Virus record (IMG/VR): IMGVR_UViG_3300020439_000004
Coordinates: 1 to 64,000 of that record
Length of the DNA: 64,000 nt
DNA from: a virus
Reading direction: 5' to 3' (one strand)
Shown: in pieces, positions 1-11,334 of the stretch
Position numbering within the stretch: position 1 is the first letter of the stretch
Layout of the letters: the number at the start of each line of letters is the position of its first letter
The notes under the pieces: model-generated
What the model saw: only the letters and a program-made list of their open reading frames with translations
Databases searched by the model: none
Told to the model about the DNA's origin: nothing
Position numbers and translations under genes: made by a program

Positions 1-1
1 A

Positions 2-3000
2 GGCACTGGAACTTTCCATTCTGTAGACATTACAGGTACATCAACACTTACTGTTTCTGGTAAAGTTGGTATAGGAGAAGTTAGCCCAGATAAATCTCTT
101 CATATTGTTGGAAATGATGTAAATGGTGAGCTAATTAAACTTGAGGGAGATGCAAATTATGGAGCTACAATTCAATATGGAAGATCAGTAAATTATCTTT
201 GGAGAGCAGGTATTGGAGGGGGATCTTCTACTAATTCAAAAATACCAACAAGTTATTGGGGTATAGAAGATGTTACTTCAAGCAACACTCCATCTATAGT
301 CTGTAGACCGATTAATCAGTATGTAGGAGTTAAAAATACAAATCCTCAATACGAACTTGATGTAAGTGGCACAATTCACGGCACAAGCGGAAACTTTGAA
401 AATGGTATTACTATAAATGGTAATCCTGTTATGACAGGAGCTAGTGATTTAGATACCGATACCCTTCAAACGGTTACCGACAGAGGTAATATAACAACCA
501 ATGATATTGGCGCTGGAACAATAACAGGAAATACTTTAGTCATTACTGGTGCTAATTCTACCTTTAAAGCTTTTGAACAAGCTAACGATGATTTCCGTAT
601 AGGGACAGACACTGCTGATGATATAAGTATAATAACTAATGGTAGCAGAAGGTTAACTGTTACTGATGCTGGTAATGTTGGTATAGGAACAACTAATCCT
701 GACTCAATTCTACATATTCAAGATACTAATGATGCAGTATTAACTATTGCAGGTGGTGCAGGGGCAGGTAGTAGTGTTGGTTATATTGATTTTTATTCAA
801 GAACAGGGACTAAAAGTATAGCCCGTATTGAAGCTGATAGAGGAACAGCCAACAACAATGGTATGTTAACTTTTCATACAGCAGATTCAAGTAGTGCAGT
901 AGCCGAAAGAATGCGTATTGATCAAGATGGAAATGTTTCAATTGGTAATAATTCTCCAGCAGGTAAACTAGAGATCAGAACTGACAGCAGCACAATAAAT
1001 GGCGTTGCTTTAAGAGGAGAGTCTAGCACAGGAGCCTATTTCAGACTTTATCACGGAGGAGCTATAGATACAGAGGGTAATATTACTGCTCCTAGATTCT
1101 TACAAGATTCAGCGGTTCAAAGTAATTTTTATGCTGTTGCTGTTAGTAGATCATCTACTGGTTTAACACTTCCAGATGTATTTGCTACAAATGCTGATGG
1201 GTTAGTATTAGGATCTAGTTCTACCGATGCTACATTAGTTATTGATACTGGCGGGACAGTATTAATTAATGGAAATGGAACTGCTGATTCAAATACTTAC
1301 AAAGCTGATTTATCTGTAGATGTGGGAGGAGACCCTGAAGTCTCTTGGAGAAGAAATGTTCAGCAAGTCCAGATCGGTTCGACTGATATGAACTGGGATG
1401 GTCGAATTTTCCATGATGGCACTTATAGAATGGCTGCTTGGTCTAGTAATTTAGATTTTCATATTTCTAGTAGTTCTAGTAATGCTTATGACATATTATT
1501 CCGCCCTTGGAATGGGAGTAGCGCATCTGAAGCTATGCGTATTGTGGGAGAGGGTAATGTCGGAATAGGAACGAATGACCCAACATCAGAAATAAATAGC
1601 AACAATCAGTATGTAGGACCAAATGTAGTTAGTGGCCGCACTTTAACTGTAGGAACCACGACTACTGGTAGAGCTAATTTAATTTTACAAAGTAATAATC
1701 AAGAAGGAACTGGTGATGTTTTAGGTGGTCTTTACTTTAGTCATCCTAGCGGCCAAGGAGATGCTCACCATATAGTTGGAGCTATTGAATCTGTTGTTCA
1801 TCCACATAGTAACCGCATTTTTAATGGAGGTGATTTAGCTTTTTATACAAAACCTGCTGGTGCAGGAAGAGATACAGGTGATGCTCAATTATACATAACT
1901 CACAATGAATTGGTTGGGGTCGGGACAAAGCCACAATTTAGATTTCATGTTAATTCTGATGGAACAGACACTGTAGCAAGATTTCAGTCTACTGATAATG
2001 ATGCTCATATATCTATAGCAGACGACACTGATATTGTATACATCGGACACGATGCTGCCCTTGATGTTATGTCGCTTGGATTTAATTCAAGTATGGGAAG
2101 TAGTAGCAACCTCAATATTGATACGGCAGGTCACGTAGGGATAGGAACAAATAATCCTAATGCTATGTTGCAAATAGGAGATGGAAGTTCAGAGGCTACT
2201 CTATTTCATAGTTATGACCAATATAATGAAGTAAAGTTTTATGGTTTCAGTGACACCACTGACAGCGGTGTTTGGCAGTTTATAAACGATGGGACTTGGG
2301 ATCAAACAAGATTTTTTATTCAAGATGCTAATAACTCAAGCAGCCGTTTAACCTTACATGTAAAAGGTAATAATGGAGCTACCGAAATTTTAGCTGCAAC
2401 CTCTGCGGGAAATGTTGGTATAGGAACAAGTAGTCCAGCACATGAACTAGAAGTTGTAGGAGATGTAGCAATTTCAGACGCTAAAAAGTTTAAGGGACTC
2501 ACATACTCTAGCTCTTATGTAAATTTTCAAGATGATACAACATTAAGCGCAAATAGTGATATTATATTTGATGTTAATGGTTCTGACGAATTAATGCGTC
2601 TTGAAGAGGGAGGTTATGTTGGAATAGGAACTTCTTCTCCAAGCTATGAACTCGATGTAAATGGAACAACAAGATCCACTTACTACGTTGGTGGTGCTTA
2701 CTTAGAGGAGAACGCATCTTCCAGCAAATTAAAATTCTACAAAGATGGAACAGTCCTTGTCATGGATAAAGATGGCGAACTCAAGCCATGTGAAAAAGAA
2801 AATGACACTTTAGTTTTTGGTGTTAGTAAAATAGATTTTGATTCTCCTGTAGTTCTCGGAGCAGAGCCTATTCTTATAACAGGACCAATTAAAGTCGGTG
2901 ATTATATTGTAACTTCAAGTAAACAAGGTCACGGACAAGCCATGAAAGAGCAAAAACTAGGTACGATTATAGCCCAAGCCATGGAAAACGGCGATGGCGA

Positions 3001-3037
3001 ATCGTATAATATTAAAGCGATGATTAGAAAAATGTAA
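2..3037 (+). CDS. tail fibre/adhesin with GNVGIGT repeats (5'-truncated)
   Basis: Frame reads open upstream of the ORF-track ATG at 431 (GTGTFHSVDITG...GKVGIGEVSPDKSLHI); many GNVGIGTxxP repeats; C-terminal GDYIVTSS..GHG..GTIIAQA domain typical of phage fibre ends. Confidence 0.8.
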   Translation, partial: GTGTFHSVDITGTSTLTVSGKVGIGEVSPDKSLHIVGNDVNGELIKLEGDANYGATIQYGRSVNYLWRAGIGGGSSTNSKIPTSYWGIEDVTSSNTPSIVCRPINQYVGVKNTNPQYELDVSGTIHGTSGNFENGITINGNPVMTGASDLDTDTLQTVTDRGNITTNDIGAGTITGNTLVITGANSTFKAFEQANDDFRIGTDTADDISIITNGSRRLTVTDAGNVGIGTTNPDSILHIQDTNDAVLTIAGGAGAGSSVGYIDFYSRTGTKSIARIEADRGTANNNGMLTFHTADSSSAVAERMRIDQDGNVSIGNNSPAGKLEIRTDSSTINGVALRGESSTGAYFRLYHGGAIDTEGNITAPRFLQDSAVQSNFYAVAVSRSSTGLTLPDVFATNADGLVLGSSSTDATLVIDTGGTVLINGNGTADSNTYKADLSVDVGGDPEVSWRRNVQQVQIGSTDMNWDGRIFHDGTYRMAAWSSNLDFHISSSSSNAYDILFRPWNGSSASEAMRIVGEGNVGIGTNDPTSEINSNNQYVGPNVVSGRTLTVGTTTTGRANLILQSNNQEGTGDVLGGLYFSHPSGQGDAHHIVGAIESVVHPHSNRIFNGGDLAFYTKPAGAGRDTGDAQLYITHNELVGVGTKPQFRFHVNSDGTDTVARFQSTDNDAHISIADDTDIVYIGHDAALDVMSLGFNSSMGSSSNLNIDTAGHVGIGTNNPNAMLQIGDGSSEATLFHSYDQYNEVKFYGFSDTTDSGVWQFINDGTWDQTRFFIQDANNSSSRLTLHVKGNNGATEILAATSAGNVGIGTSSPAHELEVVGDVAISDAKKFKGLTYSSSYVNFQDDTTLSANSDIIFDVNGSDELMRLEEGGYVGIGTSSPSYELDVNGTTRSTYYVGGAYLEENASSSKLKFYKDGTVLVMDKDGELKPCEKENDTLVFGVSKIDFDSPVVLGAEPILITGPIKVGDYIVTSSKQGHGQAMKEQKLGTIIAQAMENGDGESYNIKAMIRKM

Positions 3038-3234
3038 TGAGAGTTTATTTTAAATACAATAAAAATACAAATGAGACTTCTCTTTATGGAGATGACTCAG
3101 CTTTAGACCTTTTTGAAGTAGAAAGCATTACAAATGATGATGATGAAGTTTTATTAAGTGTTGTTGTTAAAGTGGGAATGGAACCTTTGGGAGCGCCTCA
3201 AACTATAGAAGAAATGGAGGAATTTGAAGATTAA
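3037..3234 (+). CDS. small acidic protein, possible fibre chaperone
   Basis: TAATG coupling to both neighbours. Confidence 0.55.
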   Translation: MRVYFKYNKNTNETSLYGDDSALDLFEVESITNDDDEVLLSVVVKVGMEPLGAPQTIEEMEEFED

Positions 3235-5873
3235 TGGCAGCTTACACATCTACACAAAACGGCAATTTCAACGATGCTTCCACATGGGGTGGTGGTGGTT
3301 TTCCTAATGCAAACGGAGATACATTCACTATAACAAATGGACATACTGTTGTTTACAATGTTAGTGGCACTATCTCTGACGGTTTTGGAAATTCTAATAT
3401 TTATGGGCATTTAAGACACTCTGGAGGAATGGTTACAGAGTTAAGAATGGATGGAAACTTAGACGTAAGAACAAATGGTCTTTATGAAATGGTGGATGAT
3501 AGCACTTTGGTTTTTAAAGGGACAAATGCAGATGATCATGGTTTAAATGTAAGAGCTGAAGCTGGAGCGAGTTTTCTAGCTACTGGAAGTTCACCAACGC
3601 AAGAAACAAAGCTTTCGGCTACTGGAGATGTTGGAGATGCATATTTTAGTGTTGATAGTTCAACTAATTTTGCATCAGGTGACTGGTGCAGTATTCATTA
3701 TAGATATCATGATTTAAAAACAAGAGAACAATGGATTGCTAATACAGATTATCCTACTGGCCCTTTATCTGGAGATGGTGTTAATCAATCAAGAAGTTCT
3801 TGGGAAAGTAGTGATCAAGGTCACAATGAATCAGCGCGTAGTTTAGATGAGGGTTTTATTATTCATGATATTGACAGCAATAATATTTATCCAAGGCAAT
3901 TAGTTGGCCCTGAAGATACAGTTGTTTCAGCTAGAGATAATAAAATAACAGTAAATGACTCTAGAATTTTTAGAGTTGGGCAAACTTTAATTTTTGGAAA
4001 TAGCAGCGATAGAAATGTTTTAGTTATTTCTGATATTAATAATAATAGAAATAGAATAACTTTTGAAAGCAATTTATCTAGCACCAACGTTGTTGGACAA
4101 AAAGTTTACTTAGGTGGCGCTGTATCACACCACTATGCAAAATCTACTGTAAGACGAGTTGCATCTATGGTGATGTCTCATACAGCAAAAGATTCTACAA
4201 CTATAACTATAAATGATGCCAGTGATTATTCTGTTGGTGATGAATTTTACGTTGATCACATAAAAACCGATGATGAAACTTTTGATCAGTTATTTCCTAA
4301 TGATAATAACAATTGGAATGAAGATACAAACAAAAGGCACTTAATAAGCAACAAATCAGGAAACACTTTGACATTTAGCCCCGCTTTACCTCATGCGGTT
4401 GCAGTAAATACTTTCTTATATAAAGCTAATAGAAAAATAACAATAAGAGGCGCAGATTATTCTGTAGATAAACCTTATGTATATTTTCAAAATAGAACCT
4501 CTACAGCTACTACAGACGGTCAAAGTAGATATGATAGAAAACTTTTAATAAAAGATATTCAGTTTTTAGGCTTAGGCAATAGTAGTTCTTCTTACCAGCT
4601 TTGGTTTAGAGGTGGATATAACGACGGTTATTGGAGATTTTCTCACACTTGTGAAGGTGTTGTAGTAGACGGCATGGGGAATGGTCATGCTAATTACATA
4701 AGAGCAGATAGCTACCAACGTGGTATTTGGAGAAATTGGATTGTAGCAAATATGTATAGAGGCGGGTATTCAGGCAATCAAGATAATTGCATATTTAATT
4801 CTGTTTATTTAAACTGCCGCCGATCAAACGAAAATAGATATACATATTATCGTAACGGCAGGTATTGGTTTAATAGGTGCGTGAGAATAAGAGAGTATGA
4901 TTACGCAAGATCTCCAAGCAAAATGGGAGGTATGACAACTCATTATCAAAATTATTACAATGGAGAATATGGTATATATTTATATGATGCCGCAGAAATG
5001 TTTCAATGCGAAATACATTACAGGTATTATCCAATAAGAGGTTACTATGGAACTCAAAAATCAATCAGTTACAGTAAATGTGTAGCGGAGGTTATTAATA
5101 ATAATGATGAAACTTATTATGAAAGTAGTAGAGCTATTGATAGATATAGCCCAGAGTTTAATTTATTATTCAAAGATAAAGATTATATTTTAGGTAATGA
5201 TTTTATTTATTCTGGTGGAGTAGCAAAATGTTGGAAAGAAGAGGAGGGTGCTTATAGGGTTTATGGAGGTAGAAGTGGAGGCTATCATGATCCAGATGGG
5301 TCTTATCAAGAAATTGAAATACCACCAAGGGCTACAATTAGAATAACTGGTGAGGCTAAATTACCAGAAACCACATATGATAATGGCACTTCTTGGAGTT
5401 ATTGCCCGCATTTAATTTATTATTTAATTTCAGACAGAAATCATTATTCGTCAGCGTATAGTGATCAGTATCACAATTCTGATTTTTTTAGTGGCAATAA
5501 AAATAGTAGATATTTAATTAAGCCAGATGTTGATGTGAATTTTGGTGCTGCGGGCAGATTTGACTATGATGGCACAGCTCCAGCAGAAAGTTATAGGAAC
5601 ACGCCATTTAATTCAAAAACTCAATATAATAGCAAAACTATCACAATCACTAATGAGAGTTGGTTCCCTAAGAAACTTAGAGTTGGATTTTGTTCTGTAA
5701 GCGGTAATGCTAGACTTGGATGGTGGGAAAAACCGTTAAAAATAGCAATAACTAATGAAGGTGGAATAGGTAATAGAAGATTAAATACTCTTAAAAAGGT
5801 GGGGGAATACATATTTAAGATAGGTGTAAGTACAGTAAACAACATTAAAAGAATCGGAGGTTCTAGAATATAA
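3234..5873 (+). CDS. virion adhesin/tailspike-like protein (G8-like N-terminus, probable beta-helix)
   Basis: N-terminal TSTQNGNFNDASTWGGG motif, N/Y-rich C-terminal half, position between fibre genes. Confidence 0.55.
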   Translation: MAAYTSTQNGNFNDASTWGGGGFPNANGDTFTITNGHTVVYNVSGTISDGFGNSNIYGHLRHSGGMVTELRMDGNLDVRTNGLYEMVDDSTLVFKGTNADDHGLNVRAEAGASFLATGSSPTQETKLSATGDVGDAYFSVDSSTNFASGDWCSIHYRYHDLKTREQWIANTDYPTGPLSGDGVNQSRSSWESSDQGHNESARSLDEGFIIHDIDSNNIYPRQLVGPEDTVVSARDNKITVNDSRIFRVGQTLIFGNSSDRNVLVISDINNNRNRITFESNLSSTNVVGQKVYLGGAVSHHYAKSTVRRVASMVMSHTAKDSTTITINDASDYSVGDEFYVDHIKTDDETFDQLFPNDNNNWNEDTNKRHLISNKSGNTLTFSPALPHAVAVNTFLYKANRKITIRGADYSVDKPYVYFQNRTSTATTDGQSRYDRKLLIKDIQFLGLGNSSSSYQLWFRGGYNDGYWRFSHTCEGVVVDGMGNGHANYIRADSYQRGIWRNWIVANMYRGGYSGNQDNCIFNSVYLNCRRSNENRYTYYRNGRYWFNRCVRIREYDYARSPSKMGGMTTHYQNYYNGEYGIYLYDAAEMFQCEIHYRYYPIRGYYGTQKSISYSKCVAEVINNNDETYYESSRAIDRYSPEFNLLFKDKDYILGNDFIYSGGVAKCWKEEEGAYRVYGGRSGGYHDPDGSYQEIEIPPRATIRITGEAKLPETTYDNGTSWSYCPHLIYYLISDRNHYSSAYSDQYHNSDFFSGNKNSRYLIKPDVDVNFGAAGRFDYDGTAPAESYRNTPFNSKTQYNSKTITITNESWFPKKLRVGFCSVSGNARLGWWEKPLKIAITNEGGIGNRRLNTLKKVGEYIFKIGVSTVNNIKRIGGSRI

Positions 5874-8800
5874 TGCCAACAGTAACAGGAGACAATTTCT
5901 ATATAAATAAACACACACTCCAGTTTAGAACTGGGGAAACAGGAGTAGCTTCTATTGTTTATGATAAAACTGATGAAAGTATTAGTATTGCTAATGCTGG
6001 TACAGGTCAAATAAGCATAGGAGATGCAGGTGGTGATATTTATATCGGAGATGGAACTACTGAGACTGATATTATTTTTGAGCAGAATGGAGCTATAAGA
6101 GCTTTAACAAACAAAACTTTAAAGTTAGGTCAGGGTGATTCTGATGTAAAAGTAGAAGCGCAAAACTTTTTTGTTACTGGGGATGCAGGGTTTAGTGGGA
6201 CAGTTACAATAAATGGCAATACGGTTTTAACAGGAGCAAGTGGAGCAGAGGGTGATACTCTTCAAAGCGTTACTGACAGAGGGGCAATTACAACTAACAA
6301 CCTAGAAATACAAGGTGCTGGTTCAAAGTCTCTTACTGTCGATTCAACTGATGGTCATGCATCCTTAGTTATAGATAGGCACAGCACAAGTTATGATGCT
6401 AATTTGTCATTCCAAACAAATGGAGCTACAAAGTGGAGATTGTGGAATAATTCAAATGATACGACTCTTTCAATAAGAGATGAGGTCAACGCCTCTAACG
6501 TAATGACATGGGAAACGGGTGGCAAAGTTGGTATAGGAACAGATAATCCATCAACAAGGTTGCAGATAGATAACGGAGGAGCAGGAACTGTAGATAGTGC
6601 TTATTCATTGGCAATACTAGGTGATGGTATTGATGGGATTCAAATAATTAGTAGTTCTTCACACCAAGGAAGAATTGTGTTTGGAGATAATAGTAGTAAT
6701 GCGATAGGACGTATTAATTACGACCATTCAAATGACAGTATGTCTTTTGTAACTAATGGATCTGAAGCAATGCGCATCAACTCAAGTAGCAATGTTGGTA
6801 TTGGGACAACTAGTCCAGATTTTGAGTTAGATGTTGATGGAGACATTGGCATGAATGGAAAACTATACCACAATGGAGATCATAATACTTATATAGGTTT
6901 TGAAGCTGATGATATTAAATTAAGAGTTGGCGGGACTGATATAGTTAATGTAGATTCATCTAAAAACGTAGGTATAACAACAAATAGTCCGACATCAAGA
7001 CTTCATGTTTATGGTGGAGATAACACGGGTCTTTTTGGGTCAATAAGAAACGACTCAAAAAACAGAATGAACATGAAGGTCGCAATGGGTTCGACCACAC
7101 GTTACATTGGAACAGTTGAGCAATACGGAAATGGAGATTCATCAGGTTTTACTATCAGAATATATGATGGAGCGGAAAAAGTATTTAGAATTGTTCGTGT
7201 TGTTGTTGTAAATAGTGGAGGAACTAATGTTCCTAGGGCAACTGTTGAAGGTGGCGGAGAAGACACTGATATTCATATAAATTTAGAATATAAAAATAGA
7301 GATGGAGATGCGACTAAGACAGACTTCTTTCTTGTTCCTACATCAAAAAGCTTTACTCAATATGTTGAAATAGAAGGATACATATTAAGAGATACTGGTT
7401 GGAATACAACTTCACTTACAAGCGTTAGCCTTGATGATGACCTTGCTTTAAATATTCTTGATTCTGTCAACGGTAGTAGAGTTGGTGTTGGAACTACAGA
7501 TCCATCAGCAAAGCTTCATGCTGAAGGTTCCATGATAGTCAAGGGTGATGTTGGTTGGGCTGGAACAGATAATCAAGATGGAGCTATATTTCTAAACACT
7601 GCTGGAAGAGCATTACTTGGAGCTTTCTCCACTAGTTATGCAAGACCTTTAATTAGAACTGCTAGTAATTACATAGAGCATGGTAGCGCAGGAACTAGTT
7701 TAATTAACGGTTTTAGATTTTATGCAGGAAGCACAACTGCCACTGTTGGAACATATGATTTCTATACAAGTGGATCTAATAGCAGATTACGTATAGAAAA
7801 AGGCGGTAATGTCGGCATAGGAACAACTAATCCAGATCTTAAATTACACATTCATGGAGGAGGAATTTATGCTACTCCTGTCTCATACGCTGCCAATGCT
7901 GATGAATGGTTATTAAGAGCAGGAGCTAATAATAATGCTGGTTGGGATTATGGTGGCTTAAAAGTTAGAGTAAACAGCGCAGGGAATCCACGCCTTGCAT
8001 TTATGGGATTTAGTAGCAATGAAGTTTTTGCTATAGAAGGGACCAATGTCGGTATAGGGACAACTGATCCATCAGAAAAACTCCATGTGGATGAAGGTTA
8101 TATACTCGCTGATGGAGCGTCTACAAATCACGGATTTGAATTAAGAAGAGATTCTGCTGACACTTTCCAAATAAGACATTTAGGCGGTAATTTTACTATA
8201 AATAACCTTACTGATAATCGTAAAGATTTATCTATTGATGGAAATGGTAATGTTGGTATAGGAACAGATATTCCAGCTACGATTCTTGATTTAAGTAAAC
8301 AAGACAATCTTGTTGAACTTTCAATAAGGAGAAAAGGATCTGACCCAAGCGCCAATACAGATATAGGTGGCATACAATTTAAAACAGATTATACCTCTAC
8401 TTCACATGACGTAGGGAGAATACTTGTAAAAACAAACTCCAGCCCTTACAGGACTGACATGAAGTTTTCCACTAGATCAACAGCGGGAACTGAAATGATT
8501 GGTATGACTTTGCATGGCACAAGTAGTAGTGGTCCATATCTTGGTGTTGGAACAGAGACTCCATCTTCATTGCTACATGTAAGAGGTAGTGACCCCGTAT
8601 TAAAAATAACAGACTCATCTACAACTGATAATAGTGCAACTCTCTGGCTCCAAGAAAGTGATACTTATGGAGTAAAACTAAATTATGAATCTAATGGTGG
8701 TAATGGTGGAATAGATTATTTCACTATAGATACTTTATCTGCCACTGGTGGTAATAATCAAGCAGGTAATCACGACAATGCTTGGGGTATAGATCAACGA

Positions 8801-11287
8801 GGTAATGTCATGCCACATAAAGGTGCGGTAGATGGTAATTTACTAAAATCATATGAGTGGCTACTTTACGGACCAGAGGTTAGCGGTTCGACTCCTTCTT
8901 TCCCACAAAATGGAACAACAGCAGAGAATGCGAGAATCTACGGTGAAAACCCATTCGGAGAACCCGCTATCTTGTGGCATACTCCTAGTAATGATACTGG
9001 CGACAATGCTGATGGTGGTTGGAATACAGATACATTTCAAATAGATAGAGGAAAATCATATAGAACTTCTGTTTGGGTTAAGAAGATTACAACTACAACA
9101 AATGATGGTAATTTATATTTAGGAACAAATTTTGTAAACAACCTAAATGGCACTTACAATAGCAATCCATATTTTATTGGTGGAGCCACAATGGCTACTG
9201 CTGGCATGGAGACTGGTCAGTGGTATTTGATGGTTGGCTATATATATGATAGTGGTCATTCAGGAACAGCTAATCATCCAGATGGAGGTATCTACGACAG
9301 GAATGGTCGAAAAATATATGGTGCTACTTCTTTTAAGTTTACTGATAGTGGAAGTCCTAGTGATGGATTAAACAGTCAATGGAATTTATCAAAACAAAGA
9401 GTTTATAACTATTATGATCAAAATACAGGTTCTAAAACTTATTGGTGGGGACCAAGATTTGAACCATTAGAAGAAAGCACACCGACTTTAAAAGAGTTAT
9501 TAAATACTCCTTCTTCTGATACGGGGGCATTTTTTATGGGTGCTGTCGGAGTAGGAACAACTGATCCATCAGAAAAGCTTCATGTTTACGGAGGAGATGT
9601 AAGAATTTCTGACGGCACTCCTGTTTTAACTCTTCATGATACTAGCTCATCAGCACTTACTACTCTTACTCTTGATGGAGTTAATACTACTTTAAATAAC
9701 GCTGGCACAAACGGTAGCTTAATCTTTTCTACTGAAAGCGCTGAAGCTATGCGTATAGATGAGGATGGTAAAGTTGGTATAGGAGTAACTAACCCAGATG
9801 CAACTCTAGAAGTTAAAGGCGCAGGAAATACCAATGCTACTACATCTCTTCATGTTAGAGATAGTGATGACCAAAAGTTATTGATGGTTAGAAATGACGG
9901 TGTTGTAACTGTAGAGCATAATTATTTCTATGCTAGTGCAAGTGCTGGAGCTTATGTTCAAAACGGATTAAGAGTTAGAGGGTTTCTTGAGAATGACCAA
10001 GGAACTTTAGCAATAAATGGTGATGTTAATTTTGATTCTGATACTTTATATGTAGATAGCACAAATAATAGAGTAGGTATAGGAACAAATAATCCAAGCT
10101 CAACTCTTCAGGTAAGTAATTATACAGGAGCAGCAGGTGCAGCAGCGCAAAGTGTTTTTGGTGATGTATCATTTTTCTCAGATGATGGTGACGATGCTTT
10201 ATTTTTAGGTTTAAAAGATGCCACTTATCAAAATAGAGGTTGGGCATTTCAAGTCCATGCAAATGGTGTCAATTCTGATTTGGCAATTAAAGAACATGGT
10301 TCAAGTGCAGAGAGAGTTAGGATAACAACAGACGGTAATGTCGGCATTGGAACGACTGATCCACCGCAAAAACTTACTGTAAAAGGAGGAATAACACACA
10401 CAAATTCTTCAAATATTCAAATTGTCACTATGACTAACTCTAGTGAGCACGGCAGACTTATTGTAAACCAAGCGGCAGGAGTAACAAGAGTTCTACTTAA
10501 TTCGAATGGAGATAGTTATTTTAATGGTGGTGATGTTGGGATAGGGACAACTAATCCCGTTACTCAACTTGAAGTCCAAGAAGCTGCTGGCGCACCTATG
10601 TTGCAACTGCGCCCAAATGCAGCCTCTACAAACCTTAATCCTATTATATTATACAGGAGTCAGTTAGATGGTTCTGCGAACTATATGCTTTGCCAAGGGG
10701 TTTCAACTTTCTTTGGCACGTATGAAGGAGGTGTGCCAACTGATCCGTCAGACATGATCAAGCTGCAACCAAATTCAAGTGCTAATCCTCAATTACACAT
10801 AGGTGATGCAGGATCATCAGCAGCAGCATTAAATGTTGGAGACAATATAAAATTATTAAATAATGGAGCCAGCTACATTAATGGTGGCAATGTTGGTATT
10901 GGAACTCAAAGTCCAAGTTACACACTGGAAGTAATTGGAGATATTGTCGGTAGTTCTAAATCATTTTTAATTGATCATCCTACTCAATCAGACAAGAAGC
11001 TTATGCATGCTTGTATTGAGGGTCCAGAACATGGAGTTTACTTTAGAGGAAAATCACAAGATAGCGGCATACAGGCTCCAGAATATTGGTCTGGATTAGT
11101 GCATATTGATTCAATGACAGTTGATGTAACTCCAATAGGACCGAATCAAAGTATTTATGTTGATAGAATAGAAGACAATGGAGATGTTTATGTGGGGGCT
11201 AATACTGACGAACCGCTTAATTATTTTTATGTTATCTATGGTGAGAGAAAAGATATAGATAAGTTGGAGATAGTTAAAGATAAATAA
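5873..11287 (+). CDS. long tail fibre protein (1804 aa)
   Basis: More than 10 GNVGIGT-type repeats; C-terminal KSFLIDHP...HACIEGPE..VYFRG..P.YW chaperone-like domain; internal W-rich insert, possibly carbohydrate-binding. Confidence 0.85.
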   Translation: MPTVTGDNFYINKHTLQFRTGETGVASIVYDKTDESISIANAGTGQISIGDAGGDIYIGDGTTETDIIFEQNGAIRALTNKTLKLGQGDSDVKVEAQNFFVTGDAGFSGTVTINGNTVLTGASGAEGDTLQSVTDRGAITTNNLEIQGAGSKSLTVDSTDGHASLVIDRHSTSYDANLSFQTNGATKWRLWNNSNDTTLSIRDEVNASNVMTWETGGKVGIGTDNPSTRLQIDNGGAGTVDSAYSLAILGDGIDGIQIISSSSHQGRIVFGDNSSNAIGRINYDHSNDSMSFVTNGSEAMRINSSSNVGIGTTSPDFELDVDGDIGMNGKLYHNGDHNTYIGFEADDIKLRVGGTDIVNVDSSKNVGITTNSPTSRLHVYGGDNTGLFGSIRNDSKNRMNMKVAMGSTTRYIGTVEQYGNGDSSGFTIRIYDGAEKVFRIVRVVVVNSGGTNVPRATVEGGGEDTDIHINLEYKNRDGDATKTDFFLVPTSKSFTQYVEIEGYILRDTGWNTTSLTSVSLDDDLALNILDSVNGSRVGVGTTDPSAKLHAEGSMIVKGDVGWAGTDNQDGAIFLNTAGRALLGAFSTSYARPLIRTASNYIEHGSAGTSLINGFRFYAGSTTATVGTYDFYTSGSNSRLRIEKGGNVGIGTTNPDLKLHIHGGGIYATPVSYAANADEWLLRAGANNNAGWDYGGLKVRVNSAGNPRLAFMGFSSNEVFAIEGTNVGIGTTDPSEKLHVDEGYILADGASTNHGFELRRDSADTFQIRHLGGNFTINNLTDNRKDLSIDGNGNVGIGTDIPATILDLSKQDNLVELSIRRKGSDPSANTDIGGIQFKTDYTSTSHDVGRILVKTNSSPYRTDMKFSTRSTAGTEMIGMTLHGTSSSGPYLGVGTETPSSLLHVRGSDPVLKITDSSTTDNSATLWLQESDTYGVKLNYESNGGNGGIDYFTIDTLSATGGNNQAGNHDNAWGIDQRGNVMPHKGAVDGNLLKSYEWLLYGPEVSGSTPSFPQNGTTAENARIYGENPFGEPAILWHTPSNDTGDNADGGWNTDTFQIDRGKSYRTSVWVKKITTTTNDGNLYLGTNFVNNLNGTYNSNPYFIGGATMATAGMETGQWYLMVGYIYDSGHSGTANHPDGGIYDRNGRKIYGATSFKFTDSGSPSDGLNSQWNLSKQRVYNYYDQNTGSKTYWWGPRFEPLEESTPTLKELLNTPSSDTGAFFMGAVGVGTTDPSEKLHVYGGDVRISDGTPVLTLHDTSSSALTTLTLDGVNTTLNNAGTNGSLIFSTESAEAMRIDEDGKVGIGVTNPDATLEVKGAGNTNATTSLHVRDSDDQKLLMVRNDGVVTVEHNYFYASASAGAYVQNGLRVRGFLENDQGTLAINGDVNFDSDTLYVDSTNNRVGIGTNNPSSTLQVSNYTGAAGAAAQSVFGDVSFFSDDGDDALFLGLKDATYQNRGWAFQVHANGVNSDLAIKEHGSSAERVRITTDGNVGIGTTDPPQKLTVKGGITHTNSSNIQIVTMTNSSEHGRLIVNQAAGVTRVLLNSNGDSYFNGGDVGIGTTNPVTQLEVQEAAGAPMLQLRPNAASTNLNPIILYRSQLDGSANYMLCQGVSTFFGTYEGGVPTDPSDMIKLQPNSSANPQLHIGDAGSSAAALNVGDNIKLLNNGASYINGGNVGIGTQSPSYTLEVIGDIVGSSKSFLIDHPTQSDKKLMHACIEGPEHGVYFRGKSQDSGIQAPEYWSGLVHIDSMTVDVTPIGPNQSIYVDRIEDNGDVYVGANTDEPLNYFYVIYGERKDIDKLEIVKDK

Positions 11288-11334
11288 GTTGATTTAATAT
11301 TTAACTTTTAATATTGTTGGTTTATAATACCAAT

